Both the position numbers and the translations under genes were made by a program. Positions 23,931 through 36,176 of a DNA stretch of 64,000 nt are shown here, piece by piece. The notes beneath the pieces were generated by a model. That model was given only the letters and a program-made list of their open reading frames with translations. It was not told the DNA's origin and ran no database searches. The stretch is from the NCBI RefSeq assembly GCF_009914755.1, contig NC_060926.1; one strand, given 5' to 3'. The stretch comes from the human T2T-CHM13v2.0 reference genome, Homo sapiens. The stretch's first letter is position 1. Every line of letters starts with the position of its first letter.

Positions 23931-26759
23931 TGGTGTGTTTTCTATAATAGTGGTTAAAAAAAAAAAAAAAAAAAACACTGTCCCAAGGGGGCTTACTTGA
24001 ATTAAATGTCTATTTACTATGGCAGCTTTCATAATTTAAGTAAATAGGGCTTTAGTTTTTAGGTTGTTAATACTTTGTATTAGCTTTGCTCATCATCTGT
24101 CCTTAACGTTTTGTGAGGTACATGAAGGTAACTATTATGAAGATTCGTGGGAAATACTGGTTCAATGGCTAGGTCATCAGATTGCAGAGGTGATAAAAAT
24201 GGAATTTAGTACCTTGTGAGTGTCCATTAAAGAACACTCTTTCCAATTTTCTTTGTCTTTCACAGTATAGGCTTAAAGCCTGCAAGTGTCATTTCTAGCC
24301 TTGCAAAGAGAAGTGAAGATTGTGTTACTTCTCATTGGCTCTACACCAGTTTTACAAACTCAGTTTTGGCCAGAGTTATTCCTTAGTTGTGTGTCTTCCA
24401 AATCACACAATCCAGAGATCCATAATTGAACAACTCATGTAGTGCTAGAAGTTTAGCTCCCCTTCTCCAATAAACGTGGGGATGACCATGGCATCACTGT
24501 TGCTGGTCTGGGCATGGCCTGTGGCTTGTCCATTTGGGATTCCAATTAGAGAATATGGATGGTTTCAGAATCCATTTTGTCTAAAAAGAAAGGAACTTGC
24601 CCCTTTCAATAATGCTGTGGAATTTCCAACCTGATTATTAAGAGCTCTGATGAGTCAAACTTAGGCTGGGTTTCTGGCTTCGCATAACTCCCACATTCTT
24701 TGAGTTTTGGATTCCTCTAGAATCCATCACATCTAAGACCCACAATGACTTCAGTTCCTATATTATATTAGAGATCTGAGGAGCATAGCAAGAATCTGCT
24801 TCCCTAGCCCTAGTTTCCATTTAATTCAGAGAACAGAACTCTTAATTTATATTTCCCTTGACAAACAATGGCTTGACTTACAGAGAAAAGGCGTCTCAGG
24901 AACTTGGACAAACTTGAGAGGAGAACTAAATTAGAGGTTAAATAAAATTCAGCCTTCCCACTTCAGCCAGGTTCTGCCATCTCTAGTTACTATAAACAAT
25001 TGGGATTCTGAAAGTGTTGAAAAAAATACATTGACAATCTCCCCCAAAGGAGAAAGGAATTATAAGACCATTTTGAGCCTCTCTGCTTCTCGGCAGTAAT
25101 ATGGTTATATGGGACAAATTTAGCCCAGAGAAAGACACCTAGCTACTGTTCCACTAAACCCTTGGAAAGGGGAGTAAATGGTCCCAACCTTTGTCATTTG
25201 TCTGCAAAGTCCTCTTCTAAGACATGCATGGAATCCATAAAATAATAGGCAATGTCTCCTGGCTCTCTCTCTCCCTCACTCCCCACCACCTCACGCCCCA
25301 CAAAAGGAAAGGGTGGATTTTCATCCTACTTTGCAAACATTTGGGGAGTATCAACCTTGTGCTAGGATTTCTATAAGCCAAAATGTTGAAGATAAGGACC
25401 ACAGAAGATGTGTAACATAAGATATGCCATCCAGAGATAGAAATTCAAGCATCATTTTGTGTTGTCCTACGCTTCCTATGAACAAGAAAATTACTATGAA
25501 TTTTTTTCAAAATATACAAACCAGAGAAGGGGCACTGATTAACTTTGACTTGGCTTCAGTGGTTGAGGTATAGTTCTGTAATGCTGTCTTCCTTTCTGCA
25601 AAACTGTGGCAGCCATCATCTATCCTAATTTTCCAACTTGAGGAAACCTATCTCCACCTTGAGAAAGACTCTTATACAGAAACATTTAGGGACTCCTAAA
25701 GACAAACTGAGCAAAGACAAGATGTGTGCTTTTCTCACTGTGGCTCTGGTTAAGTCTGTTCCCCTCTTGTGGCCATGGTTTCCCCATATGTATGAGACAG
25801 CCAGACTAGACCTCCAAGGCTCCTTTGAACTGAAATAGTCTACCGGTCTGTGGGACTCTGCCTCCCCTTCACCTCCACCTCCCCACATACACACACAACT
25901 CCCTTCTCTGCCTTGTGGTAAAACCCTGGCTCCCTCCTTTTTCTTCTTGGCTTCTATACCCAGGGCCCCATACTGTCAGAGGAAAAGGAGTAGAATAGAT
26001 ATTCCATACTAAACAATTAGAGTCTGGCTGTTATTTGTGTTACTGCCTCCAGGTTGGGGGTGGGATAGTATTTCCATTTTAGTAAGACCCTATGGGACTT
26101 CAGCATCAGTACAGTTGATAGAAAAAAGAAAGAGGAAAGGAAATAACAGACTTTCCAAAGACCTTTACTGGCCACTCAAGTCTCAATGTGACATTTTTAT
26201 GAATAACATGGTCCTAGAAAAGTCTGTCTCATAGAAGAAGAGGGAGCCATATTTCAGAACCATTAGGAGAGAGTGAAAGGAAACAAAGGCTTCTGGGAAT
26301 TTCAGCAAGAGGAAGGATTAAAGCAAAAAGGTTGCTGTTTAGGATATGCAGGGAGAAAAAGACTTGAGATGATCAGGGATAGTGAGTCCATATGCAAAGG
26401 CTGCTAGCCTGGAAGACATGGCTAAATGACCATAGCTTCCCATGCAGTCTCAAATTGCCTCTCAATGCAGCCTCCAGGAGCTGCCACCGTTGATCTATTG
26501 TTAGGCGAGGTTGAGCCTCCTGGGCATCCATTAGGTTATACTGAAATAGGCAATTGCAGACCTGGCAGATAGGAGTTAGAAAAGAGCAGGGGAGCTCCTC
26601 TGACATTTTGAGGGTGATGGCATGAGCAGCTAATCTGGTGCCTAATGAGCAGGGCCACATCGAAGATCGAAATGCTTGAACCATGGTTGACCTCAAATTC
26701 TAAGGGGTCATGGCAGTACACTGTTCTCTCTGCTACTCAAAGTAGAAGCCACCTCTACA

Positions 26760-26940
26760 GCCCATCAAGTTCCCTGTCCAGTCTCTCCTTGAGAACTTCC
26801 AGGAGCAGGGAGCTCACTACTTTTTGAGTCTGCTTCATTGCCAGGCAGCTCTATTAGGAAGTTTTTCCTTGAGTTGAGGAAAAAACCTACCCGTCTGTAA
26901 CATGCACCCACAGAGTCTAATTCAGTCTTCTGAGACCACA
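26760..26940 (-). mobile_element. L3/CR1 fragment
   Basis: tccagtctctccttgagaacttccaggagcagggagctcactact...attaggaagtttttccttgagttgag. Confidence 0.6.
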
Positions 26941-27209
26941 CAGTGGGAAAGAAATAACTAGGGAATTGATTAAAATCCTGTTGTCAGATAGAAGAGCTGA
27001 CAGGGATACCCAGTTTACTAACTAGCCTGCAGCTATTCAGCTCCTGTGGAAGTCCAACAAGGTAAGTCTCAACACCTAGGGCAGGCTTTGCACATGGAAA
27101 AGTGGCCACAAATGTGGGAATTATAGGACCAGAGAACCTGAGCATGATCAGAAGTTCTCAACAGCCAGGAATATAAAGAGTGGAAAAAAGAAGTTATCGC
27201 TAGGGTCAT

Positions 27210-27520
27210 TCCTATTATTTATGTATAATTTGTTCTCAGTATCTTCTCAACACCTGTAACAGGGCTTGGCATATATGAGATGCTCAGTAAATACATGTGG
27301 AAAGAAGGAATCTCTAATCAGAACCTTGTTAATGGCTCTAAGTTTTCATCATCTGATCATTTATGTAAACAACATTTAATAACCACTGCATGTGTATTAG
27401 GCACTGGAGAGTTTATAGATAAATGTGACATGAGCTCAGGACTGAAAATCTGATGGGGAAGGAAAAATATTTACCCAAGTAGCCATAAGTGCACTAAGAA
27501 AGGGTCAAGATAAGACATGG
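27210..27520. mobile_element. Two L2 3' fragments in opposite orientation
   Basis: ggcatatatgagatgctcagtaaatacatgtggaaag (+) and aacaacatttaataaccactgcatgtgtattaggcactgg (-). Confidence 0.55.
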
Positions 27521-27822
27521 TGAGTCCCCTAAACACAGGGACGTATTGTAAAGAGAGTTAACAAAAAGCCTTGATGTAAAAACTCTTCAACTAGTGTCAC
27601 TCTGTTAAACTTGAAGCTCAATATTCCCTCTTCAATTGACAAGAACACAGACTAATGATTCAAACTAAAATTCTAAGATGTGAATTTCCCGATGGAGCTG
27701 GAGGGAGAAAGTTTCCCATGGAGGGTCCTTGTTTCTGGCTCTCTCTTTGCTTCCTGGCAAGACCTCAATTGGCACTCCTCCGAACGACCCACCCTACTGT
27801 AAACTTCTCCCCGGCAGCTCAC

Positions 27823-27904
27823 CTTCTCCCTGGGCTTGCAACTGCGAGTCGCATACCTGGCTGCGGCCAAGATAATTTCAGGAAATGGTACTTTGGAAAC
27901 TCGT
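27823..27904 (-). other. Candidate minus-strand exon (48 or 82 nt, two donors) in a CpG-containing unique patch
   Basis: Acceptor gttttatctgttttcattttaaag| at 27904; donors CAG|GTATGC (27857) and AAG|GTGAGC (27823). Confidence 0.25.
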
Positions 27905-28479
27905 CTTTAAAATGAAAACAGATAAAACAGCTGGCAGTGGAGCCAAGGAAAACTCCACTTTTTCTGAAAAGCAAGCAGCTTGTTGGCACCGGAAACCTAC
28001 CTGCCCAACGCCATCACTACCACATCCTCTAATAAATGCACCAGCACACATAGGATACACAAACGTTCCTCAGCAGGGCTGCAGAACACACCCTCAAAAC
28101 CTGAGGAACCTTTTTCCCACCGCCCTTTGGAGGACTGTACAGCCCCTGGAGCCCTTGGAGGCTCAAACCTACAGGCCTGCATCGTATACTTCCTCCTAGA
28201 GAAACCCTGATGGCTTCTTCCTCCACACTGGAGACAATGTAAAGCAAATTGAGTGAAATTTTTGTAGGCATTTCTAAGTTAGATGAACCTTCTAGCAATT
28301 TTCACTGATAAGCAATGAGGGTTTTGTTCCCAATTTAGTAAAAGGAAAAATGAAAGATGCGAGTTGGGACCATTTCTGCTATGAGGGTGGCATTAGTAAG
28401 CTGACCTTCACTCTGTGGGAGGCAGCTGAATCCTGCTGAGAAATGTCACTTAAACAATATTCCCTTGCACAGTTGTAAC

Positions 28480-28690
28480 ACTTTCCAACTTACAAAATGT
28501 TTTCACTTGCCTGCTCTCATGAGAGCCTCACAGCAAAGTTGTGTCATTGCCAGGATTATGGTCATCAGTGCATGCAGATGAGGAAACTGAGGCTGACAGA
28601 CAATAAGTGGTTTGCTCCAGCACATGCAGAAAGGAAACGACAAATCCAGGACTGGAGCACAGACCTCCCCTGCTGCATTCGGCCTGCTTC
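28480..28690 (-). mobile_element. MIR SINE
   Basis: gcagatgaggaaactgaggctgacaga core. Confidence 0.7.
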
Positions 28691-29039
28691 TTCAGGGGCT
28701 CGTGGCTGCTTCTAATCTGAACATCAGATCATTCAACAAATCTGAGATTCCCCGTGAACAAAAGCTAATACAACATCTATCTTTCTATAAATCATGATAG
28801 TTCCTGGTTCTTGGGATCAATTTCATGAAGCTATAGCAAAATTGTCAGCATTTTAAGTTTTTAGAACTTAATCCTCTTCCCTGTAGAATGGACTTGGGAG
28901 CCAGACTCAGGGAATTATTTGGGTTCATAGAGTAAGGCTCGACTCTGGGGCTCTAGGAAATCAGCGTAACTGGTGGTAACCTGAAAGGTATTGACGGTCC
29001 CTCCAGGAATAATATTAGTTATTAAAATGGTGACTTATC

Positions 29040-29490
29040 TGTTTGTTGTCAGATTCATTGCCAAGCCTTGCTCTGCCCTGTTCTGCATCACAGGGGCTGA
29101 CCTCCTCCTGGTACATTTCCCAAGCTCCTGTTCCATCTGGCTCCTGATTAAGTTTGGCCAATGGGAGGCCTCAGAAGAACATTAGAGGAAGGAAAAAGCC
29201 AAGGTATTTCCCCTGTTTCATCTGCTTATTAGAGACATTGCAGCAGTGGTCTGGTCTCTTCTGGGGTTCCACTTCCACCAGGAAGCCTCTCCCTTTGCAG
29301 TCCCAGTTCCTAAACTCTGCTAACATCACTTAACGTCTCAGTCACTTTAGCCCTAGCTAGAAATATCTTCCTGATAGTCTAAGGCTTGCCTCACCCATTT
29401 GCCCATTTTGCTCTGTCAACACCTTTGGAGCAAGTTTCTCATATTAAGGTTCATCTCTTGAACTGCCTGGCATAGATTCTGTTTTCCTGC
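29040..29490 (+). mobile_element. ERVL LTR16-like
   Basis: catttcccaagctcctgttccatctggctcctgattaagtttggccaatgggagg. Confidence 0.7.
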
Positions 29491-29618
29491 CTGAAACTTA
29501 AACAATATAGCTACCATTTTATATGCACCTTTCTTAGTTTCTGCTACTCTGGTTAACAATATTTGAAGTTAAAGAATCTTTTGGTTCAGCCAACTTCCTA
29601 AACAAGGAAGAGCTTGGA

Positions 29619-29807
29619 CAGTAGTGTACTGGTAACTGATATTTAACAATTAGTTCTCCAAGAAAGAAAAACTTTGATTTGTAGCATTTGCCAATTTCCA
29701 TGGTGCAACTACTCCCATCATGGCTGATTTCAAGCTACCAGCATAATGTCACTGAATATGGATTTGGAAAGAGACACACAATAAACTTGAGCTGCTGCAG
29801 CTGGCTC
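29619..29807. mobile_element. hAT-Blackjack MITE, MER63A-like
   Basis: cagtagtgtactggtaa...actcccatcatggctgatttcaagctaccagcataatgtcactgaa. Confidence 0.7.
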
Positions 29808-30179
29808 ATGGGATATCTGAGCAAGGACAACTGTATACCCTGAGGCAGCTGAACAGAGAAGGGTTTTGGGCACAGTGCTGAGCTGCTCTAAATAAATTAC
29901 AAAAGTTTTTGAGGCTTCAGAGAGTAATGAGAGGCCCAGAAGAAAGAGGAAGCTGCAGAGAGCCAAAAAAGGAAAACAAGGGAAAAAAAATGTCTAATAG
30001 GAATTTGGGGAGTGAAGTGTTAAGAGCTGTGAGCTGTAGCTTCCCCCGAGAGAACTATAGAATCAACAGTAAAAGATCTCCTTATCATTAATGCATTGAA
30101 GAGCTGAAATTATTTGGGAGGTTGAATTGAAGAGCCAAGGGAACTGCCAAAGAAAAACAGAACCACAAGTGGGTTACAA

Positions 30180-30650
30180 TGGATTGTAGAGTGGCATCAT
30201 CAGAAGGGGCCTCAGAGATCCTGCATTCAAACAGAGTTATTTAACAGATGAGGAAACTGAGCCTCAGAAAGGCCAAGACCATCCTGGCATATAATGGCAG
30301 AACCCCAGTCTAGAATGGGTTTCCTGACAAGGGCATTCATTCATTCAATAAATATTGCTTGGTGCTAGACATCTATTGTGAGCACCACAGACATGGTCCT
30401 TATCTTCAAGGACTTTACCATCCACTGGAAGAAAGAAGGATTAAATAGCTTATCATAGTATGTAACTATTTTTTCATGTGATGAGTACTATGAAGAAAAA
30501 ACAGAGGGCACTTTAATAGACCTAATTTAGCCCAAGGGGTACAGAAAAGCATCTCTGGGGAAGTCTGACCCTGAACTGAGAAGGAAATGAAGAACATGAA
30601 TCTGTCAGGTAAAGATGAGGGGAAAGAGGGCTCCAGGTAAAGGGACTTCA
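30180..30650 (-). mobile_element. MIR followed by L2 fragment
   Basis: acagatgaggaaactgagcctcagaaagg (MIR); cattcattcattcaataaatattg (L2 tail). Confidence 0.7.
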
Positions 30651-33600
30651 GACACAGTGGCTCTGCTTCAGGGTTTGGTCCCAAACAAATGCCTCTTATG
30701 TAGTATATCTTCTCTTTCATCACTAAACACTCTGAAATTTGTTATATCCTCTAAGCCCTGAGTTATAAGCAAGATGATTAAACTTTGTCATAAGGTAGTA
30801 TCTTGAATTTAGGTGCAAATATAAGTGTGTGACTAGCTGTTATCCTATACTTTAGAATGAAAACTGGTGGGTGCCTTGGGCCTGGGCAGTGCTCAACTCC
30901 TGTCAATGGGAGGCAGCAATGCACCCTGTAGATCCCAGGCCAAAGTGAAGCCCTTGCTTCTCTCTGTGGGCAAAACTGAGATAAAGGAACACATTCTCCA
31001 GGCCATGTCATTGTATTTTTACCTGCCAAAACCCATTGCTGATGTCCCCATGCCTTCCCTAACAGGTGGAGGTGGACAGCATACCCTGGGGAACCTAAAA
31101 ATTCCTGAGCTATGGCCCATTACCCTCTCCACCTGTGGGGTTGAGTCTGAGCCATTTCTTTCCCCCAGGCTTCAGAACCCCTTCTCCCAGCTACATTCCT
31201 CCCATCTTGATCTACGGAGGCTGGGAAGAGACATGAAAGCTTGCTTTTGCTCTCACGTCAAGTAAGTCCATCAATTATGCTTTCTAATGTTTAATTCCAT
31301 TATTTTATCATCAAATAACTGAAGCCAGATTTATCTTCAATTCATTATGACCTCTCCAGCCCTTAACTTTAGACAAAGCAAACACTACCAAAAACACCCC
31401 GAATGGACTTGCTACAAAAATTTGGGTAAATTTTATTTTTCTCATCTCTAAATTAGATGCATAAAGCCAACCTTTGCAGAGAAGTGACTGTAAGGAAGAA
31501 CAAATAACTTACTTGTCAAATTTCTGGAGGTCTTCCTGTAGCACCATCTGGAGAGCCCAGTGCTATAATTCCATGGATATGATTGTGAGGTCTTGTGTGA
31601 GGAATGTCTTCTTTCAGGCAGCTAGAATTCCAGCCCACTGATATTTCCATGGACTTGGCATGTTGACATCCCTTGGACTCAGTTTCTCTCCTTTGCAAAA
31701 TAAGATAAATAATATGGTCTAGTCAGCTGGCACCATAAGAACAATTCTTAAAATAATTTTGTGCACTTTAGAAGGAAAGACATCAGTAACATTCAAGTTT
31801 TTTGGCATTTTTTTTCCATATTGAATCACTCCAAGGTAAGGGTTTTTAAAAATCTAAGTGGGGAAATCAGCAAATATATCCACACAAATCAGTATGTTTC
31901 TTTTTGGCATATGGCATTACTATGCATTTTGATTTTAAGGATAAGCAGTTTTCATCAGTATTTTTTAAATGTGCTGAGTCTTTTCTCTCAGGCTCCTGGA
32001 TTCAAGGGGCTGAATAGATGGGAATTCCTGCTGTCTCTGGAGAAGAGCTTACTTCCTTTCCCAGACTTCCCAACCCCACCCAGGATCACTTGTCATTGAG
32101 ATTAACCTTTGTGGAGAGGCACCCAGGAGCGCAACTCTCTGGGAGTGTGACAGCTTTTTCAGGATATCAGGAAGTGGAGCGTGTGTGTGACCCAGGAGGG
32201 ACACACATCCATGTTACAGAAGAAGGCTGAGGCTGCAAAACATGCCCCAGAAAGGAAGCGGATGTTACACCTTCGCTACCTCGCTGTTCTGAAACAGGAA
32301 GACATTCATTTGTCCTTCTGGGCATTCAACATTCCACTCACAAACTCCCCTCCTGGAGTCTCTCTGTGGTTCAGTGAATCGTATGTTCCAGAAACCAGCC
32401 CTTCCCCCACCTCAACCCAGAGGACTTACTAGTTCTGATGTGAAAGGTATTGATTCAGAAGCTCTTGATGGCTGAGGGCTCCCTGCTAATGCCCTTCCCC
32501 CTAGTGCGTTTATTAAACGCCCTCCCGCCTAGTGCATTTGGCAGGTCTCAGAATTCTGCTTTCTTGTGTTCCCTTCCATTTTCTTCATTGTAAGCCCCTC
32601 CTCCGTCAAATAAACCCTAACTTGGGTTTAAGACCTTCTTGGAAGATGATTCTATACCCTCCCTTTCTAGACCTCCACAACCCTCACTCTCATTCAAATG
32701 AGAGAATCACTAAAGGGCTCCTTGTCCTTGCCCCCCAGCAGACCCTCATAAATCCACAGTGAGTTTTTTTTTTTTAATTAAAGCGTCCAAATAATTAATG
32801 ATCAACTCCATTTGTGCCATAGAAAACCAAAATGTCACACGGTTGAAAAGACCCAACCAAATAATTCAGTGTACCCTATAAAGCTTTAAAAAAGCAGAGC
32901 CCAAGAGGCCTGCATGACTGGTTTCTGTGCTGTCTGAAAAGCTTGGTTGGGTTTTGGGCACTTGATCAGATTCCAGGAATAATGTGCCCTGAGCACAAAG
33001 GGCTCTTTTGATGTGTCTGTGCCATAGCTCCTCCCCTTTTCCTCCTCACTTTACCTGGGATACACATTCTCCTTGTCTCCTAAGTTGGAAAAAATAACCC
33101 ATGGAAAAGAGGAAAAAACAGCAGAGGGAAAATCTAGGCTGGAAGTGGGGAAAAATGCTGCAGTTCTTAGTCTGAGTTTGGTTACTAAAGACTAGTTATT
33201 CCAGAAGGAATAGAAGAAGTGACATTTATACAATGTCTGTGACCAGACAATGGGAAATCGTAATGATAAGATGTCTCTTGTTTGAATGTGGTCCCTTGAG
33301 CTAAAGGTAATGAGTGAGTCTTCAAGCAAGGACTTGCCACTTTCAAACAGTCAGAGGTATGGCAGGTTACTAACCCTAGAAATCAACATGAATTTAGATG
33401 CCTAATCCAGCCAGAGAATCTTATAGATAGTGAGTCCATCCCGTTGGTTTTCCATGGGTACCAGAATATTCAGGAAAGATGGAAAGAAAGAAGACAGAAC
33501 TTCCATTGCTAGGATGTCCTTAAAAAGTGGCAGAGCAAACTAGAGGCCAGGAGTGTATAAGCAATGGCCCTGAGAGATAAGGATTGTGGGTCTAGCCCCA

Positions 33601-33819
33601 GCATACAGATGTCCAGATTGGCAGCAAACTGCAGTAAGCTGGTGCTAATACAGGGCTATTTTTGTCTGTCTGGGCTAACTTGAAGAGGATGTTTTTTCCT
33701 TCTAGCCTCATTCTCCTTATCTACGTAAAGATGGACTTGTACTGCACCACCATCAGCTCTGAGATTCTATTTCAGAAATCTATTGCTGCCCCAAAATTTG
33801 ATGGCTGACAACAAGAATC

Positions 33820-34165
33820 TACTTATTTAGGTCTTTTTGGTTTTATCTCAACAGTGTTTTATGGATATCTGTGTAGAGATTTGTACATATATAGATTCAT
33901 TGGTAGATTTATCCCAACTATATGTTTTTGATATTACTGTAAATGGTATGCTTTTTAAATTTTATTTTTAAATTATTTGTTAAATATATTTATTTACATA
34001 TGTATATAGAAATATTGATTTATATATACCAGCAACAAATCATCAGCTCTGAGATTCTGTTTCAGGACTCTATTGCTGCCCCCAAATTTAATTGATTTTT
34101 ATAGATTGAATTTGTATCTAGTAACTTCACCAAACTCACTTACTAATAATATTTTATAGATTCTC
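33820..34165 (-). mobile_element. Old L1M ORF2 fragment containing an inserted 49-bp local copy
   Basis: ggtagatttatcccaac...tgatattactgtaaatggtatg...ttgatttttatagattgaatttgtatctagtaacttcaccaaactcactta. Confidence 0.7.
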
Positions 34166-34221
34166 AGTCTGTCTTCTCACCATCAACTCTCAGCTGGTGA
34201 GATCACAAGGAAGATGCTTGA

Positions 34222-34640
34222 TATATCTTTTAGGTTTCTTAGGTTGTAAGCAACAGAAGTGACTCTGACTAGCTTAGATATAAGGTAGAATCTATTTTAA
34301 AGCTATGGGATAGTTCTGTGAATCACAGAAAAAAAAATGAACTGTTAGACCTCAGAAAATGAGAGGGCCTAGGATAGCATTCAGGCACAAATCAACTATC
34401 TCCATCAGGACGATCTCTGGACTTACCCTTGTGTAACTTCTCTTAAGATTCAAATTCCTCAGAGAGCAGGTCTTGTTGGCCCTATTTATCTCCGGCCCTT
34501 GGCCACATTGCCAGTCAATTGAGAGGCCCACCAAAACTGCATGCAATGCCAGAAGAGTGTTACCCCAAAGGAAATTCAAGATGCTGTTATGCAAAGGGAG
34601 AACTCATGCTGCAGACGTAAAACAACACGACTGCCATGTA
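34222..34640 (-). mobile_element. MaLR LTR, MLT1 (J/K-like)
   Basis: ggttgtaagcaacagaagtgactctgactagctta...ccccaaaggaaattcaagatgctgtta. Confidence 0.65.
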
Positions 34641-35842
34641 TGATATCTAACTAGAACTTTCTGCCCATCACTCATCAAGTGTACAGACTAGCACTTAAAG
34701 TTTCGGTGATAATAGTGGTGATGGAAAAGATTACAATCTCAGACAGCCCTATCTTCCTATCTAGCCATCAAAAGCACTTGGGTTCACTGTCAATGATCCA
34801 TGTTATTCATTTATACATGAAAGTAGATCCTTCGCCTAGCTTGGCCTGCCTGGGCTTCAATCTACCTCCCTCTTTCCCATTAATATGTTTTGCACTGTTG
34901 AAATAGGCTTGATTAGTAATCAAATACATCTGTGTTCTATCTTGCTTTCTTGCCTCTATCTTCTGTCTCTTTTTAAGGGTGGTGGTGTGTTTACTTTGCT
35001 GCAGTTACTTTGGAATCAGAGACCTAGTATTTATCCTGATACAATCAGTAACAACATTGAATTCTCTCTGCTTGCTGAACTTTTTATACACTATGTGGGC
35101 TTGAGCACACGTAGTGCATAAAAGATGTTTGTGGGTTTCCTAGGTGTTCTTAATCCATCAGAAAATGGATTGGGGTAATCATGATCAATTTTCCTAAGGA
35201 GGGAATTATAGTGAAAAAAAGTGAGGTTAAAAGGCTCTTATCTTTGCCATCACTCATCCCCACCTTTATTTATTGCTTTCTCTGGTTTTCATTAGCATGC
35301 TGATGACCAAAGCTACAGACATTTTCATCCATATTCTGACTGCTGCCCTGATTTCAGTTCCAAGTTATGAAACCTAATCCAAACTTTAGAGGGGAAACTA
35401 CAAACTGTAACTTTAAATTTCAGTTTACAGAGTCTCCCAGGATGATTCCAGGAATTGAGTTGGGAGGGGTCCTGGGAATCAGAAACCAAACTACCATCTC
35501 CTTCCTCCTCTGAAAGGACCCGAGGACATTTGAAACATAACTCATAAAAGACCATTTTCACAACATCCCAGCTGAGAAAAATTGCAAGAGAACATCTCAC
35601 TCAACCTCCTCCCTGCAATTGCTCCTAACTAATTCCAGATAGAAGGAGGTGTCTCTTAGTCTTCAAGATCACTTGAAGGGCATTTCACAATTCCCCATGG
35701 TCACCTGTTTCAAAATATAAGAACTGGATGCCAGGAAAATATTCCTCATATTCAAATACCAATTCTTTCTTCAATTCAGACCATTTGGATAATTAAAGTA
35801 TAACATTTCAGAACTGGAAGAGGCTTTAAATACCATTTAGTC

Positions 35843-36176
35843 TAGAGGTTACGACTGGTAACCAAGGATTGAGACATATTTTACTAGGGCCACAGAAAGT
35901 TTAATTTTTGAATTTTTGTATTTGTTGCCAATGCTTAGATATTGAGATAGATCCTTTCAAAAAAAATCCAGATAGCTGGGATCTCTAGAAAACATAAAAG
36001 ATCTGGAAACACAGTGGTCCTCATTCCCATGGCAGCAATTGGAGTTGGGTGCTTCTCTTTGGATTGGGGTTGTATGGAGAAAATAAACTCTAGTTTATCA
36101 TAGAACACACCAGATTTGCTTGCCTCATGTACCCTAAATGATTAACTCTTATCAGCATCTAAGTTTGTGATCCCTG
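35843..36176. mobile_element. hAT-Charlie MER102-like element inserted in a MIR (about 35800-36305)
   Basis: tttgttgccaatg...aaaaatccagatagctggg...aagatctggaaacac...cattcccatggcagcaattgg. Confidence 0.65.
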
